Shown here: piece after piece, positions 29,115 to 38,270 of the stretch
Layout of the letters: each line of letters starts with the position of its first letter
Position numbering within the stretch: the stretch's first letter is position 1
Assembly: GCA_002773615.1 (NCBI GenBank)
Contig: PFAP01000011.1
Span: 8,307 to 72,306 of the forward strand
Source of the DNA: Candidatus Falkowbacteria bacterium CG10_big_fil_rev_8_21_14_0_10_39_11
GTDB taxonomy: Bacteria > Patescibacteriota > Patescibacteriia > UBA11705
Direction: 5' to 3'
Length of the DNA stretch: 64,000 nucleotides
Translations under genes and position numbers: made by a program
Notes under the pieces: generated by a model
What the model saw: the letters and a program-made list of their open reading frames with translations, nothing else
The model's database searches: none
What the model was told of the DNA's origin: nothing

Positions 29115-31223
29115 CTAATAAGGACACATTGCTCCTGTTTGAACCTGCATACCACCAACTCCAGCATCATCTACCGTACCACAACAAGCTCGACCAGGCA
29201 CCAATGGATCACAAGCCGGTCCCTTACAAGGATTAAAGCAATTCCCCTGCATATCCTGGACTCCTGAAGTAATTTTAGGAAAGAAAAATGGCACATCAAG
29301 CGGATTTTTTGCCAACGAAAATGGTCCATGATTTATCATCACTTTTCTATCATTTGTCAAACAAAACTTCGAACCATCAGGTGATGTTCCTGGGTCACAA
29401 AACAAACTACCCGTGTACCAACCACTCCACATATCCGAGACTATTATCATATTAGAATTCGTTGTAGTTGCTGGATCTATCGCTTCACTATAAGTCGCCG
29501 ACACCACACTATCCGGCCTCACACCATCACTTTTATCAGCTGCATTCGCTGGTGTGACGGCTGTAATATTTGGCGGAATCAAATCCAATTGAGCTGAAGT
29601 CAAAAACGTCCAATCAAAACTATCGATTGCCTGAGTTTCTGTTTGCCCATTTCCGCGACCAATACGTCCGTTGGTATCCAAACCATTCAAAGCTGAATCC
29701 ACAATACCACCAACCGGGAATCGAACTGAAGTTGGACCAGCCGGTCCGTTTGGATTGGCCGCATCATAATTCACCAAGTTACTTTTTGGCACAGACCGCA
29801 CCAAGGTTTTTATCTTGCTATTCGCTGGCAAACAAGTAACAATATCACCACAAGAATTAAACAAATCAGCTCCGGTACCACAGTTACCATTGGCCTTGAA
29901 GATTAATGATCTATACTGGTTTATTCCAGCCACCACATCACCCATGATTACCGAGCCATCAGCATCATTAGTCACCAAGAACTCGGCATTACCATAATCA
30001 CCAGAATTAGTTGATATCATTTTCAAAAATATCGGTGGAATCACCGCCTCACTAAAATCAACTCGAATACGACTATTTCTCCAATGAGTTTCAGCATTAG
30101 CCGCCCCCACCTCGAATTCAACTGGTTGCCCACTCGAATCAAGCGTCACCGGATAAACACCAGTCACAAATGGCGGAGTAGTATCGATCACCGTATTTGT
30201 AGTAAAATACCAGGGATACTTCGGAGATTGTTGGCCGGTAAATACACCTGTATTTGTTTGATACTTTCTAATATTATTTGTTAACAATGAAAAATAAGTC
30301 ACATCTTCAGCAATTCCGCCCAAATGTTCTGTAGTACTATTCCCATATGGATTAACTACAATGGTTTTGAAATCAGGCGTGATATATACCTCTCCAGGAA
30401 CAAAATCAAACGGGGCAGCAGGCTCATCACCTCGCCATTCATTACAAACAGATTTATTACCCCTTTGAGCTGGATCATAACTCTGCGGAGTCACCACACC
30501 TTCAGGATAAATAGATTCACAAGCTTCATATATTTTGATCGATTCAGTATCCAAATCTCCAGTACATAAACAATCACTATCCGGTTTTACATCCGAACAA
30601 TCACCGCCAGCCGCATCTTGACAAATAAAGTTACCATTAGCCGCGATCACGCTTGACGGAACAATCGGTTCTTTAAAAGTCACCATAATCACAGTATTCC
30701 GTGGGACAGTCGAAGCAATGGCCGGATAATGGTCCTGAATTACTCGACCCAAAATACCAGAACTCAAACCTGGTGAAGTATATTCAGACTGAGAACCTCC
30801 ACCCGTTCCGCCACCAATAATAGCTTGTAATCGACTGATAATAAAACTGGTAATGGCAAAAGCTGACATCATAATCACCAAACCAATCGTAGCGTTGATA
30901 ATTGTTTTTTTTGCTTTAGTCGTCTTTGATTCATCACCACCGCTGGTCATGTACAAAAATCCAGCGTAAATCATTAGCGAGACAAAAATCGCACCAACAA
31001 ACCCAAAGAATATCCGGATTATTCTGGCAATAATAATTCTAGGGTCTTCATTTCCCAAGCCAGTAGCACCGCCGACAGCGTCAGTACCGTTAATTACTCC
31101 CGGAGCTTGCGCCGCAACCTGAAAAACACTCAGCAGCAAAATCGCAGTTAGTATAAAGGCAAAAAAAATCGATAAATAAGCTACTCGATTTGTTCGTTTT
31201 ATATATTTAAAATTCAAAAACAT
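29115..31223 (-). CDS. VirB2/TrbC-like pilin fused to Ig-like (SbsA/Big_5-type) domains
   Basis: YAGFLYMTSGGDESKTTKAKKTIINATIG; DTTPPFV, DFSEAV, DLIPPNI, TYSEAID. Confidence 0.8.
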   Translation of the reverse strand: MFLNFKYIKRTNRVAYLSIFFAFILTAILLLSVFQVAAQAPGVINGTDAVGGATGLGNEDPRIIIARIIRIFFGFVGAIFVSLMIYAGFLYMTSGGDESKTTKAKKTIINATIGLVIMMSAFAITSFIISRLQAIIGGGTGGGSQSEYTSPGLSSGILGRVIQDHYPAIASTVPRNTVIMVTFKEPIVPSSVIAANGNFICQDAAGGDCSDVKPDSDCLCTGDLDTESIKIYEACESIYPEGVVTPQSYDPAQRGNKSVCNEWRGDEPAAPFDFVPGEVYITPDFKTIVVNPYGNSTTEHLGGIAEDVTYFSLLTNNIRKYQTNTGVFTGQQSPKYPWYFTTNTVIDTTPPFVTGVYPVTLDSSGQPVEFEVGAANAETHWRNSRIRVDFSEAVIPPIFLKMISTNSGDYGNAEFLVTNDADGSVIMGDVVAGINQYRSLIFKANGNCGTGADLFNSCGDIVTCLPANSKIKTLVRSVPKSNLVNYDAANPNGPAGPTSVRFPVGGIVDSALNGLDTNGRIGRGNGQTETQAIDSFDWTFLTSAQLDLIPPNITAVTPANAADKSDGVRPDSVVSATYSEAIDPATTTNSNMIIVSDMWSGWYTGSLFCDPGTSPDGSKFCLTNDRKVMINHGPFSLAKNPLDVPFFFPKITSGVQDMQGNCFNPCKGPACDPLVPGRACCGTVDDAGVGGMQVQTGAMCPY

Positions 31224-31237
31224 AATTTTTTATTTTA

Positions 31238-31687
31238 CTAAATCAACTTTTTTACTGCCACCTGTATTACCTGACCATCAGCTTGACCACTCATTTCCTT
31301 CATTACTCGCCCCATCACTTGACCAAAATTCCCCTTCTCATCTTCAGCCAAAGAATCAACAATCTCCCGCACCTTTACCTCAACCTGTTCTACTGACAAC
31401 TGTGCTGGCACAAAATTTTCCAGCACTACATTTTCGTATTCATCAATTTCTCTTAAATCATCTCGACCAGCTTGGGTATAACTCTCGATGGCTTCACGTC
31501 GTTTTTTTATTTCAGATCTAATCACAGATACAATCTCTTGTTCATTCAAAGACTGGCCCAGATCAATTTCTTTGTTTTTCAAACTTGATCTCAACCCTCT
31601 CAACACATTCAATTTTGATTTATTTTTTTCTTTTAAAGCCTTTATAAAATCAGCTTCAATTCTTTCTTGAAGTTTCATATATTTCAA
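31238..31687 (-). CDS. yqeY: GatB/YqeY domain protein
   Basis: KKRREAIESY...GRDDL, FGQVMGRVM; next to rpsU. Confidence 0.9.
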   Translation of the reverse strand: MKYMKLQERIEADFIKALKEKNKSKLNVLRGLRSSLKNKEIDLGQSLNEQEIVSVIRSEIKKRREAIESYTQAGRDDLREIDEYENVVLENFVPAQLSVEQVEVKVREIVDSLAEDEKGNFGQVMGRVMKEMSGQADGQVIQVAVKKLI

Positions 31688-31806
31688 TTAAATTATAACA
31701 TTTTATTTCCTTACCAACAAATGTATTTGTTGATTATTTACACACAGACAAGGCTTTTTCCAGCACAACAAAAAAACCACCCCCAGTGAGGATGGTTTTC
31801 TTATTA

Positions 31807-32049
31807 TTATCGTCGATACTTTTTTCTTTCATCTTCTTTCAATCGGCCTGATTTTTTCAAATATTCCAATCTATCCTTGGTCTTCATTCCATACAATTTT
31901 GAAGCCTTGATCATATTTCGACTTCGATCTGATACATGAAATCGAATTTTTTTAAACTGTAATATTTTACCGCTCTGAATCAATCGTTTGTTAAAGCGTC
32001 GTACAAACGATTCAAAAGTTTCGCCTTTTTTACGTTTTGCTTCTACCAT
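31807..32049 (-). CDS. rpsU: 30S ribosomal protein bS21
   Basis: VEAKRKKGETFESFVRRF...QSG; very basic, 80 aa. Confidence 0.85.
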   Translation of the reverse strand: MVEAKRKKGETFESFVRRFNKRLIQSGKILQFKKIRFHVSDRSRNMIKASKLYGMKTKDRLEYLKKSGRLKEDERKKYRR

Positions 32050-32082
32050 ATATTGGTTTCCACATCCTTTCTATATAATTTA

Positions 32083-33399
32083 TCATTTCTTATAAATAAT
32101 TTTTTTCACTTCACCAATTACTTTTTTGATATTAACCACTTCTTGAATGCCACTTTCAACATCTCGCATCAAGATAGTACCATCGATTGTTTCCTTTTGG
32201 CCCAATATCAAAATCACTTTTGCTCCCATCTTTGTTGCCGTATCAAGCTGACTCTTTAAACCATCTTTGGAAAAATTTGCCACCACCCGGAAATCTTCCT
32301 TTCGCAATTCTTCCACAAACTCCATGGCTCTTCGCTTTGCTTGCTCACTGAGTTGCGCCAGATACACGTGAGGACTTTTCATTCTAGGGATTTCGACCTT
32401 CTTACTCTTAATCTCAGAGATTACCTTTTCCACCAACAACGAGATTGTACAAGCGGGCATTTCCGGACCACCAAGCATCTCTGACAAATAATTGATTCTA
32501 CCACCGGTAGCCAAAAGGACATCATCACCATCCTCTGTTCGGTTATAAATAGAATAAATCGTTCCATTATAATATCCAAATTCATGAACCATTGAATTAT
32601 CCATTTCATACTCAACCTTAACTTCATCCATTGCTTCCAAAAATTTAAATAAATGACTATGCTCTGACTCAGACAAATAATCAACAATTTGCGGCGCATC
32701 CTCTATCTGCTTGGTACACTTCTGATTTGCACACGCCAAAAATTTAAACGGATCACGAGTTGCCTGTCCACGACATTCAGTACAAATCGCTGAACGCTTA
32801 CTTTTAATATATCCTGTTAAAGCTTTAGCATATTCTATTCTACCGGTCAAGCCCCCAAGGCTATTGACTCGAACATACGGATTAAGCCCCAAAGCTACAA
32901 ATGTTTGATAAAGCATCACCACCAATTCCACATCAGCGGCTGGAGACTCTACGCCATACACATGATAACCCATTTGATACATTTGTCGATGCTTGCTTTC
33001 ATAAAAATTACCCTGGGTTAATATAGAACCACCAAACCAAAGCTTTATTGGAATCGTATTATTATACAAACTATGACTAATAAAAGACCTAGTGACCGCT
33101 GGGATATAATCAGCTCGAAGCACCATTTTTTCATTTTTATCTGTAAATGAAATTAAGTCTTTTTTCACAAAATCACTATTTTTCCCGATAGTATGAGCAT
33201 ACAAGTCGTACTTTTCCATCAAGGGTGTATCGACCCATTGAAAATTAAAATCAATCGCGACACGAGTCAAACTATCAAGCAGTGTTCTCCAATATTTATT
33301 ATCAGATGGCAGAACATCCTTCATCCCCTTTATTAAAGGTGGAGTTTTTATCTTTTTTATTTGCTCTGTGGGTTCATCCACTTTTTTTCGTCTAGGCAT
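32083..33399 (-). CDS. Histidyl-tRNA synthetase-like protein with degenerate active site
   Basis: KGMKDVLP start, HisRS layout and anticodon-binding domain; His- and ATP-binding motifs are substituted. Confidence 0.8.
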   Translation of the reverse strand: MPRRKKVDEPTEQIKKIKTPPLIKGMKDVLPSDNKYWRTLLDSLTRVAIDFNFQWVDTPLMEKYDLYAHTIGKNSDFVKKDLISFTDKNEKMVLRADYIPAVTRSFISHSLYNNTIPIKLWFGGSILTQGNFYESKHRQMYQMGYHVYGVESPAADVELVVMLYQTFVALGLNPYVRVNSLGGLTGRIEYAKALTGYIKSKRSAICTECRGQATRDPFKFLACANQKCTKQIEDAPQIVDYLSESEHSHLFKFLEAMDEVKVEYEMDNSMVHEFGYYNGTIYSIYNRTEDGDDVLLATGGRINYLSEMLGGPEMPACTISLLVEKVISEIKSKKVEIPRMKSPHVYLAQLSEQAKRRAMEFVEELRKEDFRVVANFSKDGLKSQLDTATKMGAKVILILGQKETIDGTILMRDVESGIQEVVNIKKVIGEVKKIIYKK

Positions 33400-33421
33400 A
33401 ACCTTATTATTTTATCCAAAA

Positions 33422-34054
33422 TTAATTACCATTATTAAATTGCTCATAATCCACACCGTTAAAAATCTTAGCTCGATCAAGAGGCCAACCCCTCAACCAA
33501 ACCTTACCCACAATCAACCCGCGATTCACCGGACCAAAAATTCTCGAATCCAAACTATGTTCTCGATTGTCACCAAGTACATAATACTCCCCTTCCCCAA
33601 GCTCCCATCGTTTGTCACCTCTAGTTTTCACTCCATTATCAAGATAATCATATTCATCAAGCAAATATTTCCGATTGCCATCCTCAGCATAAATAAACAC
33701 AAATCCATCTTTCACCTCGACAGTTTCTCCTGGACGACCAATAATTCTTTTAATGAAAAATTGAGTGGGATCCTTTGGATATCTAAAAACAACAATATCA
33801 CCACGATCCGGAGCGGAAAGACGATAGGATATTTCATCAATAATCAAATATTCTTGGTCATAAAAACTGGGTTCCATTGAAGCACCTTGAACATAAAAAG
33901 GCTGAATCAAAAAGTAACGGACTGGAATTATGATAGCCAAAGCTACAGCTACAACCTTGACTAAATCCCAAAAAAAATACCAGACACGTTTTCCCATAGA
34001 AATGTTATCGTGTTGTTGACTAAAAGTGTATTTGTCGATATTTTTACTAAGCAT
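33422..34054 (-). CDS. lepB: Signal peptidase I
   Basis: GASMEP, RGDIVVF, FIKRIIG, GDNREHSLDSR; ATG 34054 lies 7 nt after TATAAT (possibly leaderless). Confidence 0.95.
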   Translation of the reverse strand: MLSKNIDKYTFSQQHDNISMGKRVWYFFWDLVKVVAVALAIIIPVRYFLIQPFYVQGASMEPSFYDQEYLIIDEISYRLSAPDRGDIVVFRYPKDPTQFFIKRIIGRPGETVEVKDGFVFIYAEDGNRKYLLDEYDYLDNGVKTRGDKRWELGEGEYYVLGDNREHSLDSRIFGPVNRGLIVGKVWLRGWPLDRAKIFNGVDYEQFNNGN

Positions 34055-34230
34055 TTCCTGAATTATACTATATAAAAAGTAAAAAATCAAGCCCCTAAGC
34101 ACTGCGATTATAACACAAAGATGATTGTCATGCAAACATCTGATATAACTTGCTAATATCATTAATCCAGTCTATAATATCCTTAATGAAGCTGAGCCTG
34201 CAACTAACTTAGTTTTATTTTAGTTTTATT

Positions 34231-35694
34231 ATGTTCAAACCCAAGAAAAATCGCGAGAATAACAACATAAACCTGCTTAACTATTCAGACAATCAGAGCC
34301 CCAAAGGCCGACCTTTTTTCAAGGTTAGCAAGTTTATTGTATACATGTTCACTACCCTAATCATCATCTTCTTTATCTTTACCTACCAAATACTATTCAC
34401 CAACAGCAGTTTTATTAGCAATATCGGTGGTACTGGCGGTTTTTTCAAACAGCTAACCTCAATCGCTCACAGTTCAGATGACTTAAAAGGTCTTGAAGAC
34501 GATAGAATCAACATTTTACTTCTTGGCGTAGGTGGTGCTGGACATGACGGACCAAATCTAACCGATACTATCATGATTGCCAGCATCAAACCATCCACCA
34601 AAACCGTTGGTTTCATCTCTATACCACGAGATACTTTAGTTGACATTCCAGGTCAAGGCTTATGGAAAATAAACAATGCCAATCACTTTGGTGAAAAAGA
34701 AAAAACCGGTCATGGTCCGGAATTAACCAGTCAAGTGGTCTCCAATATTACCGGCATTCCCATTCATTATTACATCCGAGTTGACTTTTCCGGCTTTGAA
34801 CAAATTATCGACGACCTGGGTGGCGTAAAAGTTTATGTTGACCGTAACTTTGTTGACTATCAATATCCAACCGCAAACTACAAATATCAAGTGGTTTCTT
34901 TCGAACAGGGTTTTCAAACTATGGACGGTGACACCGCTCTCAAGTTTGCTAGATCTAGACATGGAAACAATGACGAGGGCTCTGACTTTGCTCGATCCAA
35001 GCGTCAGCAAAAAATTATTTCCGCCTCCAAGGAACGAGCCTTTTCATTCCGAACCCTTTTCAACCCCAGCAAACTCAATAAAATGTTAAAAACTTTAGAT
35101 GACCACATAGCTACCAACCTTTCAATTTCAGAAATTATCGAATTATATAAACTATCAAAAAACCTAGATACGGACAATCCAATAACCCTCACTCTTGATG
35201 ATGGACCCAATGGTTTTCTTTTCTCCTCCATGGTAAACAGCGCCTACGTGCTCCAACCTCGAGGTGGCAACTACAATGCCATAAGCTCTGCGGTCAAACA
35301 TATTTTTGACCAAACTACCGTAGAAGTGCCAAAAACTCAAAATGCCAGTATCGAAATCCGTAATGGTACCACCGTCAACGGCTTAGCTTTCAGCACTTCA
35401 CAGACACTAAAGGAGCAAGGTTATCAAATCATCAAAATCGGTAATGCCCCCAGTCAGACATATCCTCAAACATTGATTTACCAACTTCAAGCAAACGCCG
35501 ATACCGAAGCACTCAACAACCTAATAACTAATCTTGACGCTGACTTTATCGAAGAAATTCCTTCTTGGATTCGCGAAGACGCAGAATTAACCACTGATTA
35601 TTATATTATTTTGGGCGATGAAGATCATATTGACACATCACCACCGGAGACCGCCCCTAAACCACTAATCACCTCATCTACAGATGACGAATAA
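34231..35694 (+). CDS. LCP (LytR-CpsA-Psr) family protein with LytR C-terminal domain
   Basis: NILLLG, TDTIM, SIPRD, RSRH, DFARSKRQQ; IEIRNGT. Confidence 0.92.
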   Translation: MFKPKKNRENNNINLLNYSDNQSPKGRPFFKVSKFIVYMFTTLIIIFFIFTYQILFTNSSFISNIGGTGGFFKQLTSIAHSSDDLKGLEDDRINILLLGVGGAGHDGPNLTDTIMIASIKPSTKTVGFISIPRDTLVDIPGQGLWKINNANHFGEKEKTGHGPELTSQVVSNITGIPIHYYIRVDFSGFEQIIDDLGGVKVYVDRNFVDYQYPTANYKYQVVSFEQGFQTMDGDTALKFARSRHGNNDEGSDFARSKRQQKIISASKERAFSFRTLFNPSKLNKMLKTLDDHIATNLSISEIIELYKLSKNLDTDNPITLTLDDGPNGFLFSSMVNSAYVLQPRGGNYNAISSAVKHIFDQTTVEVPKTQNASIEIRNGTTVNGLAFSTSQTLKEQGYQIIKIGNAPSQTYPQTLIYQLQANADTEALNNLITNLDADFIEEIPSWIREDAELTTDYYIILGDEDHIDTSPPETAPKPLITSSTDDE

Positions 35695-35696
35695 AT

Positions 35697-37076
35697 ATGA
35701 CTAAACAAAACATGCCGACAGTATCTCTAATTGGCCGCACCAATGTTGGAAAATCAACCTTGTTCAATAAACTGACCGAAACCAATAACGCCATTGTCGC
35801 CAGAACAGCCGGCACCACTCGCGAAACCAACGAAGCACCATGCTACTGGCAGCGGCGTATGTTTTCATTAATTGATACTGCCGGACTGGATGTTTCAACT
35901 GATGAGCTCATTGATAAAAAATCGATCAAACAAGCAGAAAAAACCGCTAAGCTTGCCGACATCAACCTACTGATGGTTGATGCCAAATCCGGATTACTCC
36001 CCCAAGACAAAGCCTACGCTCTCATGTTAAAAAAATTAAAAAAACCAATCATCCTGGTAATCAATAAAGTCGACGGCCCAAAACAACTAAACATGGTAAG
36101 TGAATTTGAGAAATTGGGTCTCAAAGAAATCGAGTTAGTATCAGCCGTTTCCGGAGCTGGTACCGGCGACCTCTTGGACAATATCATTGATCAACTTGGG
36201 GACAAAGCTCCGGTAGCTGAATTATTCGAAGAAAATGAAGACTTTGTAAACATCGCCATTGTCGGCAAACCCAACGTAGGGAAATCTAGCTTAATCAACA
36301 AATTGGCCGACGAAGACATTGCCATTACCAGTCCAGTCGCCAATACCACTAGAGATACCAAGGATTTCACTATGGAGGTCACGCACAAAGATAAGCCACT
36401 AATTCTCAAGTTTATTGATACTGCCGGCCTTCGTCGCAAAGCCAAGATAAAAGATGAAATCAACACTCTCAGCAGCGAACGAAGTATGGCCGCCATCAAA
36501 AAAGCGGACATCGTACTCTTGATGCTTGACGCTGGTGAAGACATCACCGCTCAAGATAAAAATATCACCAAAGAAATTATCGAAAGTAGCAAAAGCGTAA
36601 TTTTCATCATCAACAAATGGGACCTAGTCAAAGACAAAGACATGAAAAGTGATCAATTATTCATCGACTATGTACACAAATCATTCCCATACCTAACTTG
36701 GGCTCCGATTGTTTTCCTTTCAGCTAAAACCGGCTTCAAACTGGATCGATTGGTCAAACTTATAATCGAACTTCACGACAAACAAAACATGAAAATCAGC
36801 AATGTCGAACTGGATAAATTTCTTTCTTACATTATCAAAAGACAATCACCACGAAAGAAAAAAGGCATCAAACCACCCTATTTTCATACCATCCGTCAGA
36901 TAAAAACCAATCCTCAAGTTTTTGAAATCAAAGCTGACCAACCAGAAAATATTCACTTTTCATACATTCGTTTTATCAAAAATAAACTACGAGAAAGATT
37001 TGATTTGGCCGGCGTTGGCTTGAAGGTATTCTCCAGCTTATACAAACCGGTAAAATCTCATCAAACAAAAAAATAA
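35697..37076 (+). CDS. der: Ribosome biogenesis GTPase Der/EngA
   Basis: Two G domains: GRTNVGKS/DTAG/NKVD and GKPNVGKS/DTAG/NKWD. Confidence 0.96.
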   Translation: MTKQNMPTVSLIGRTNVGKSTLFNKLTETNNAIVARTAGTTRETNEAPCYWQRRMFSLIDTAGLDVSTDELIDKKSIKQAEKTAKLADINLLMVDAKSGLLPQDKAYALMLKKLKKPIILVINKVDGPKQLNMVSEFEKLGLKEIELVSAVSGAGTGDLLDNIIDQLGDKAPVAELFEENEDFVNIAIVGKPNVGKSSLINKLADEDIAITSPVANTTRDTKDFTMEVTHKDKPLILKFIDTAGLRRKAKIKDEINTLSSERSMAAIKKADIVLLMLDAGEDITAQDKNITKEIIESSKSVIFIINKWDLVKDKDMKSDQLFIDYVHKSFPYLTWAPIVFLSAKTGFKLDRLVKLIIELHDKQNMKISNVELDKFLSYIIKRQSPRKKKGIKPPYFHTIRQIKTNPQVFEIKADQPENIHFSYIRFIKNKLRERFDLAGVGLKVFSSLYKPVKSHQTKK

Positions 37077-37156
37077 AAAAATCTAGCGTGTAACGATTAA
37101 AAATTCATGGTCAAACCGACAGCAAACTATACGCTATAAGCTAAACGCTAAACCCT

Positions 37157-37702
37157 ATGAAACTAATTATCGGCCTAGGTAATCCCGGTATAAAATATCA
37201 AAAAACGCGGCACAATATCGGTTTTCTCGCTCTCGATCATTTTTTTGATACTCACCGCTCAGACTATTCTCTCAGCCAATGGTCAACCAATAAAAAGTTC
37301 TCAGCCGAAATTTCTGAAGGTTTTATTCAACAAGAAAAAATAATTATCGCCAAACCAAACACTTTCATGAATGAATCTGGCAAAGCTGTGTCTGCCTTGA
37401 GTCATTATTACAAAGTCGCTCCTCTAAACATTATCATTATTCACGATGACATTGACATAATCTTTGGTCAGTACAAAATCCAAAAAGATGTTTCTAGTGC
37501 TGGGCACAATGGGATCAAATCAATCATTCAACATCTAAAAACCCAGCAATTTCACCGGATCAGAATTGGTGTCGGCAAATCAAACAAAAACAAACAAGGT
37601 GACACTGCCAAATTTGTTCTCAATCAATTTTCCTTATTTGAAAAACTAAAATTAAACAAATTCCTAGATCAAATTAACGAAGAACTCCTCAAACTACTTT
37701 AA
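37157..37702 (+). CDS. pth: Peptidyl-tRNA hydrolase
   Basis: GLGNPG, TRHNIGF, FMNESG, HDDID, GHNG. Confidence 0.97.
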   Translation: MKLIIGLGNPGIKYQKTRHNIGFLALDHFFDTHRSDYSLSQWSTNKKFSAEISEGFIQQEKIIIAKPNTFMNESGKAVSALSHYYKVAPLNIIIIHDDIDIIFGQYKIQKDVSSAGHNGIKSIIQHLKTQQFHRIRIGVGKSNKNKQGDTAKFVLNQFSLFEKLKLNKFLDQINEELLKLL

Positions 37703-37712
37703 TCAACACATA

Positions 37713-37744
37713 CAAAAAAGAACCTCTATCGAGGTTCTTTTTTG
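37713..37744. terminator. Bidirectional intrinsic terminator
   Basis: caaaaaagaacctc-tatc-gaggttcttttttg. Confidence 0.85.
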
Positions 37745-37880
37745 TAACAATCCTTATTAATGCTCATCAGCGAAAATTATCTAAGACTAGCTCAGGTAAC
37801 TTAATTGAAGGGCAAGAAGCCAGCACAGGAGGGGGGCACTTGCTTCACCCCGCTGATAAGCATTAATCAAGATTCTTTAC
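37713..37880 (-). ncRNA. Unannotated structured small RNA (long stem, central bubble, apical stem)
   Basis: Own promoter and terminator; seven stem positions that are A-C on + become G-U on the minus strand; no credible ORF. Confidence 0.7.
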
Positions 37881-37886
37881 ATACAT

Positions 37887-37914
37887 ACCTTAACAAATTT
37901 TGTATTCATGTCAA
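37887..37914 (-). promoter_or_regulatory. Sigma70-like promoter for the small RNA
   Basis: TTGACA-16-TAAGGT with TG extension. Confidence 0.6.
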
Positions 37915-37958
37915 GCCCACAAGAACACTTTTTTTGTTCAAAACAAATAAGAGGTCAT

Positions 37959-38270
37959 TTAACCTCTTATAAAAAACATCCACTCCGGATCCAAAAAGCC
38001 AACAAAGACCGAGCATCCAGATCGATTCACAATCCACGCTTCTTTATCCCGACCACGACCCTTCTTATAATATTCTCGCACTTCGCTTCTACCATCACCA
38101 ACAACCTGCACATCAATCCCACAACACCAAGACTCCATCGCGTCATGCTCTTCATCTGAAATTCGTTGCTCCAACCACTCTTTATGCTTTGGCAAAACAT
38201 CTATATCACAACACCGAATCCCTAGTACTCGAGCAATGCTCTGAGCCAACCCACGGTTTTTGGTTCCCAC
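37959..38270 (-). CDS. Hypothetical ORF or gene fragment sharing 28 codons with ORF 38628-38945
   Basis: Contains repeat copy 38171-38255; no clear SD. Confidence 0.35.
   Translation of the reverse strand: MGTKNRGLAQSIARVLGIRCCDIDVLPKHKEWLEQRISDEEHDAMESWCCGIDVQVVGDGRSEVREYYKKGRGRDKEAWIVNRSGCSVFVGFLDPEWMFFIRG

Noticed and set aside
37786-37824. SRP RNA or glycine riboswitch on the + strand (CTCAGG...AAGAAGC)
   Set aside because: Lacks the SRP GGAA tetraloop/AGCAG geometry, and the stems have A-C mismatches on + that resolve only on the minus strand
37827-37866. SD-led 8-codon peptide on the + strand (TTG...TAA)
   Set aside because: Too short, lies after the pth terminator with no + promoter seen, and the structural evidence favours a minus-strand RNA
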